24,000 nucleotides of DNA, from contig JALHJB010000011.1 in NCBI GenBank assembly GCA_022839745.1, forward strand, positions 8,622-32,621. The letters are read 5' to 3'. Positions 23,247-24,000 of the stretch are shown one piece after another. The translations under genes were made by a program, and so were the position numbers. Each line of letters begins with the position of its first letter. Within the stretch, counting starts at the first letter, position 1. This DNA comes from Actinomycetes bacterium (GTDB taxonomy: Bacteria; Actinomycetota; Coriobacteriia; Anaerosomatales; Anaerosomataceae). The notes beneath the pieces are model-generated. The model was not told the origin of the DNA. It ran no database searches and saw only the letters and a program-made list of their open reading frames with translations.

Positions 23247-23652
23247 GCGTGTCTCCTTCGTCTTCATGGCCACGCTCCTTGCGGAGCAGCCCGATGACTC
23301 TGTCGAGCACGATCCGGTGGTTCTGCGCCATCTCGACGATGTCGTCGCGTGCCGCGTCGTCCACATGCAGGCCGATCGACACGCTCACACGGCAGCCGAG
23401 CGCGGTGGCGAACTCCAGCGCGGCTGTGCGCGCGAGCTCGTCCTCTTTGTGGCCGGTCACGCACAGCACGCTCGCGGACGCAGACGGCGCCGAGGGGTCG
23501 GCCAGGCTCGGCCGGGGGATGCCGAGGGCGACCGCGCCTATGTGCGGCCCCTCGCCTCCCCCGAAGCACACCGAGATGTCGGGGCCGCACGAAACGACCA
23601 CTGCCTCGACCCGGGTACGCCCGGTGCCGTGACCCTCGAACCATGCCTCCAT
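23236..23652 (-). CDS. Small accessory protein of UbiD-type decarboxylase operons, tentatively an LpdD-like prenylated-flavin chaperone
   Basis: 138 aa. It is translationally coupled on both sides: an ATGA overlap with the ubiX stop and an 11 nt overlap with the ubiD start. The central GGGEGPHIGAVALG motif, the size and the position between ubiX and ubiD fit my recollection of LpdD-type subunits. The family call is tentative. Confidence 0.45.
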   Translation of the reverse strand: MEAWFEGHGTGRTRVEAVVVSCGPDISVCFGGGEGPHIGAVALGIPRPSLADPSAPSASASVLCVTGHKEDELARTAALEFATALGCRVSVSIGLHVDDAARDDIVEMAQNHRIVLDRVIGLLRKERGHEDEGDTHVR

Positions 23653-24000
23653 CAGATCTCAGCACCCTTCCAGGACACGAAACGATCGTGCTCGAGCCCG
23701 AACTGCCGCAAGACCTTGCCGATGATGTGGTTGATCTGGTCCTCCATGGTCTGCGGATTGTTGTAGAAGGTGAGGAGCGGCGGCACGATGCTGCACCCAA
23801 GATCGGCAGCCTCATGCATGTTGCGCAGATGGATCTTGCCGAACGGCATCTCTCGTGGCACGAGCACCACCCGCCGCTCCTCCTTCAGACATACATCGAC
23901 CGCACGCACGAGCAGGTTCGCCGCGTAGCCCGCAGTGATACCCGCAAGTGTCTTCATCGAGCACGGGCAGACTATCATGCCGTCGGTGACGAACGAGCCA
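23652..24000 (-). CDS. ubiX: Flavin prenyltransferase UbiX (partial; N-terminus beyond the right window edge)
   Basis: The frame is open to the window end: ...GSFVTDGMIVCPCSMKTLAGITAGYAANLLVRAVDVCLKEERRVVLVPREMPFGKIHLRNMHEAADLGCSIVPPLLTFYNNPQTMEDQINHIIGKVLRQFGLEH. This is the canonical UbiX/Pad1 C-terminal half. The M at 23978 in the track is internal. Confidence 0.9.
   Translation of the reverse strand, partial: GSFVTDGMIVCPCSMKTLAGITAGYAANLLVRAVDVCLKEERRVVLVPREMPFGKIHLRNMHEAADLGCSIVPPLLTFYNNPQTMEDQINHIIGKVLRQFGLEHDRFVSWKGAEI

Overview
This is a compact, high-GC bacterial chromosome segment. I estimate about 65% GC by eye, and coding regions have very high GC3. The conserved ftsE-ftsX...smpB-ssrA block, several apparently leaderless starts and AGGAG-type Shine-Dalgarno (SD) sites suggest an actinobacterial-type, probably anaerobic, genome; that taxon call is inference only.

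I support 28 protein-coding genes, one tmRNA and two probable gene remnants. From left to right:
1. A minus-strand chemosensory-like operon: PATAN/DUF4388 protein with MshEN-type motifs -> CheR-TPR -> CheY -> PilB/GspE-family protein whose ATPase motifs are destroyed -> CheW. The CheW ORF is absent from the ORF track and runs off the left edge.
2. A plus-strand sulfur-trafficking cluster: ArsR -> DsrE-like -> TusA -> DsrM-like NarI-type cytochrome b -> DsrK/HdrD-like CCG iron-sulfur protein.
3. A tight three-gene operon of poorly defined proteins.
4. A ribosome-rescue neighbourhood (arfB, ssrA, smpB, rnr), interleaved with a proline-rich membrane protein, an M42 peptidase, two decayed ORFs and ftsE-ftsX-ctp.
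5. An idi gene followed by a UbiX / LpdD-like / UbiD prFMN decarboxylase operon that runs off the right edge.

I saw no CRISPR array, IS element, integrase, rRNA or tRNA. The many long opposite-strand ORFs in the track are high-GC shadow ORFs.

The most interesting candidates are the chemosensory operon built around a PATAN/c-di-GMP-motif protein and a PilB-like pseudo-ATPase, and the ArsR-DsrE-TusA-DsrMK module with no DsrAB/DsrC in view. All functional calls come from my own reading of the translations. No database search was run.
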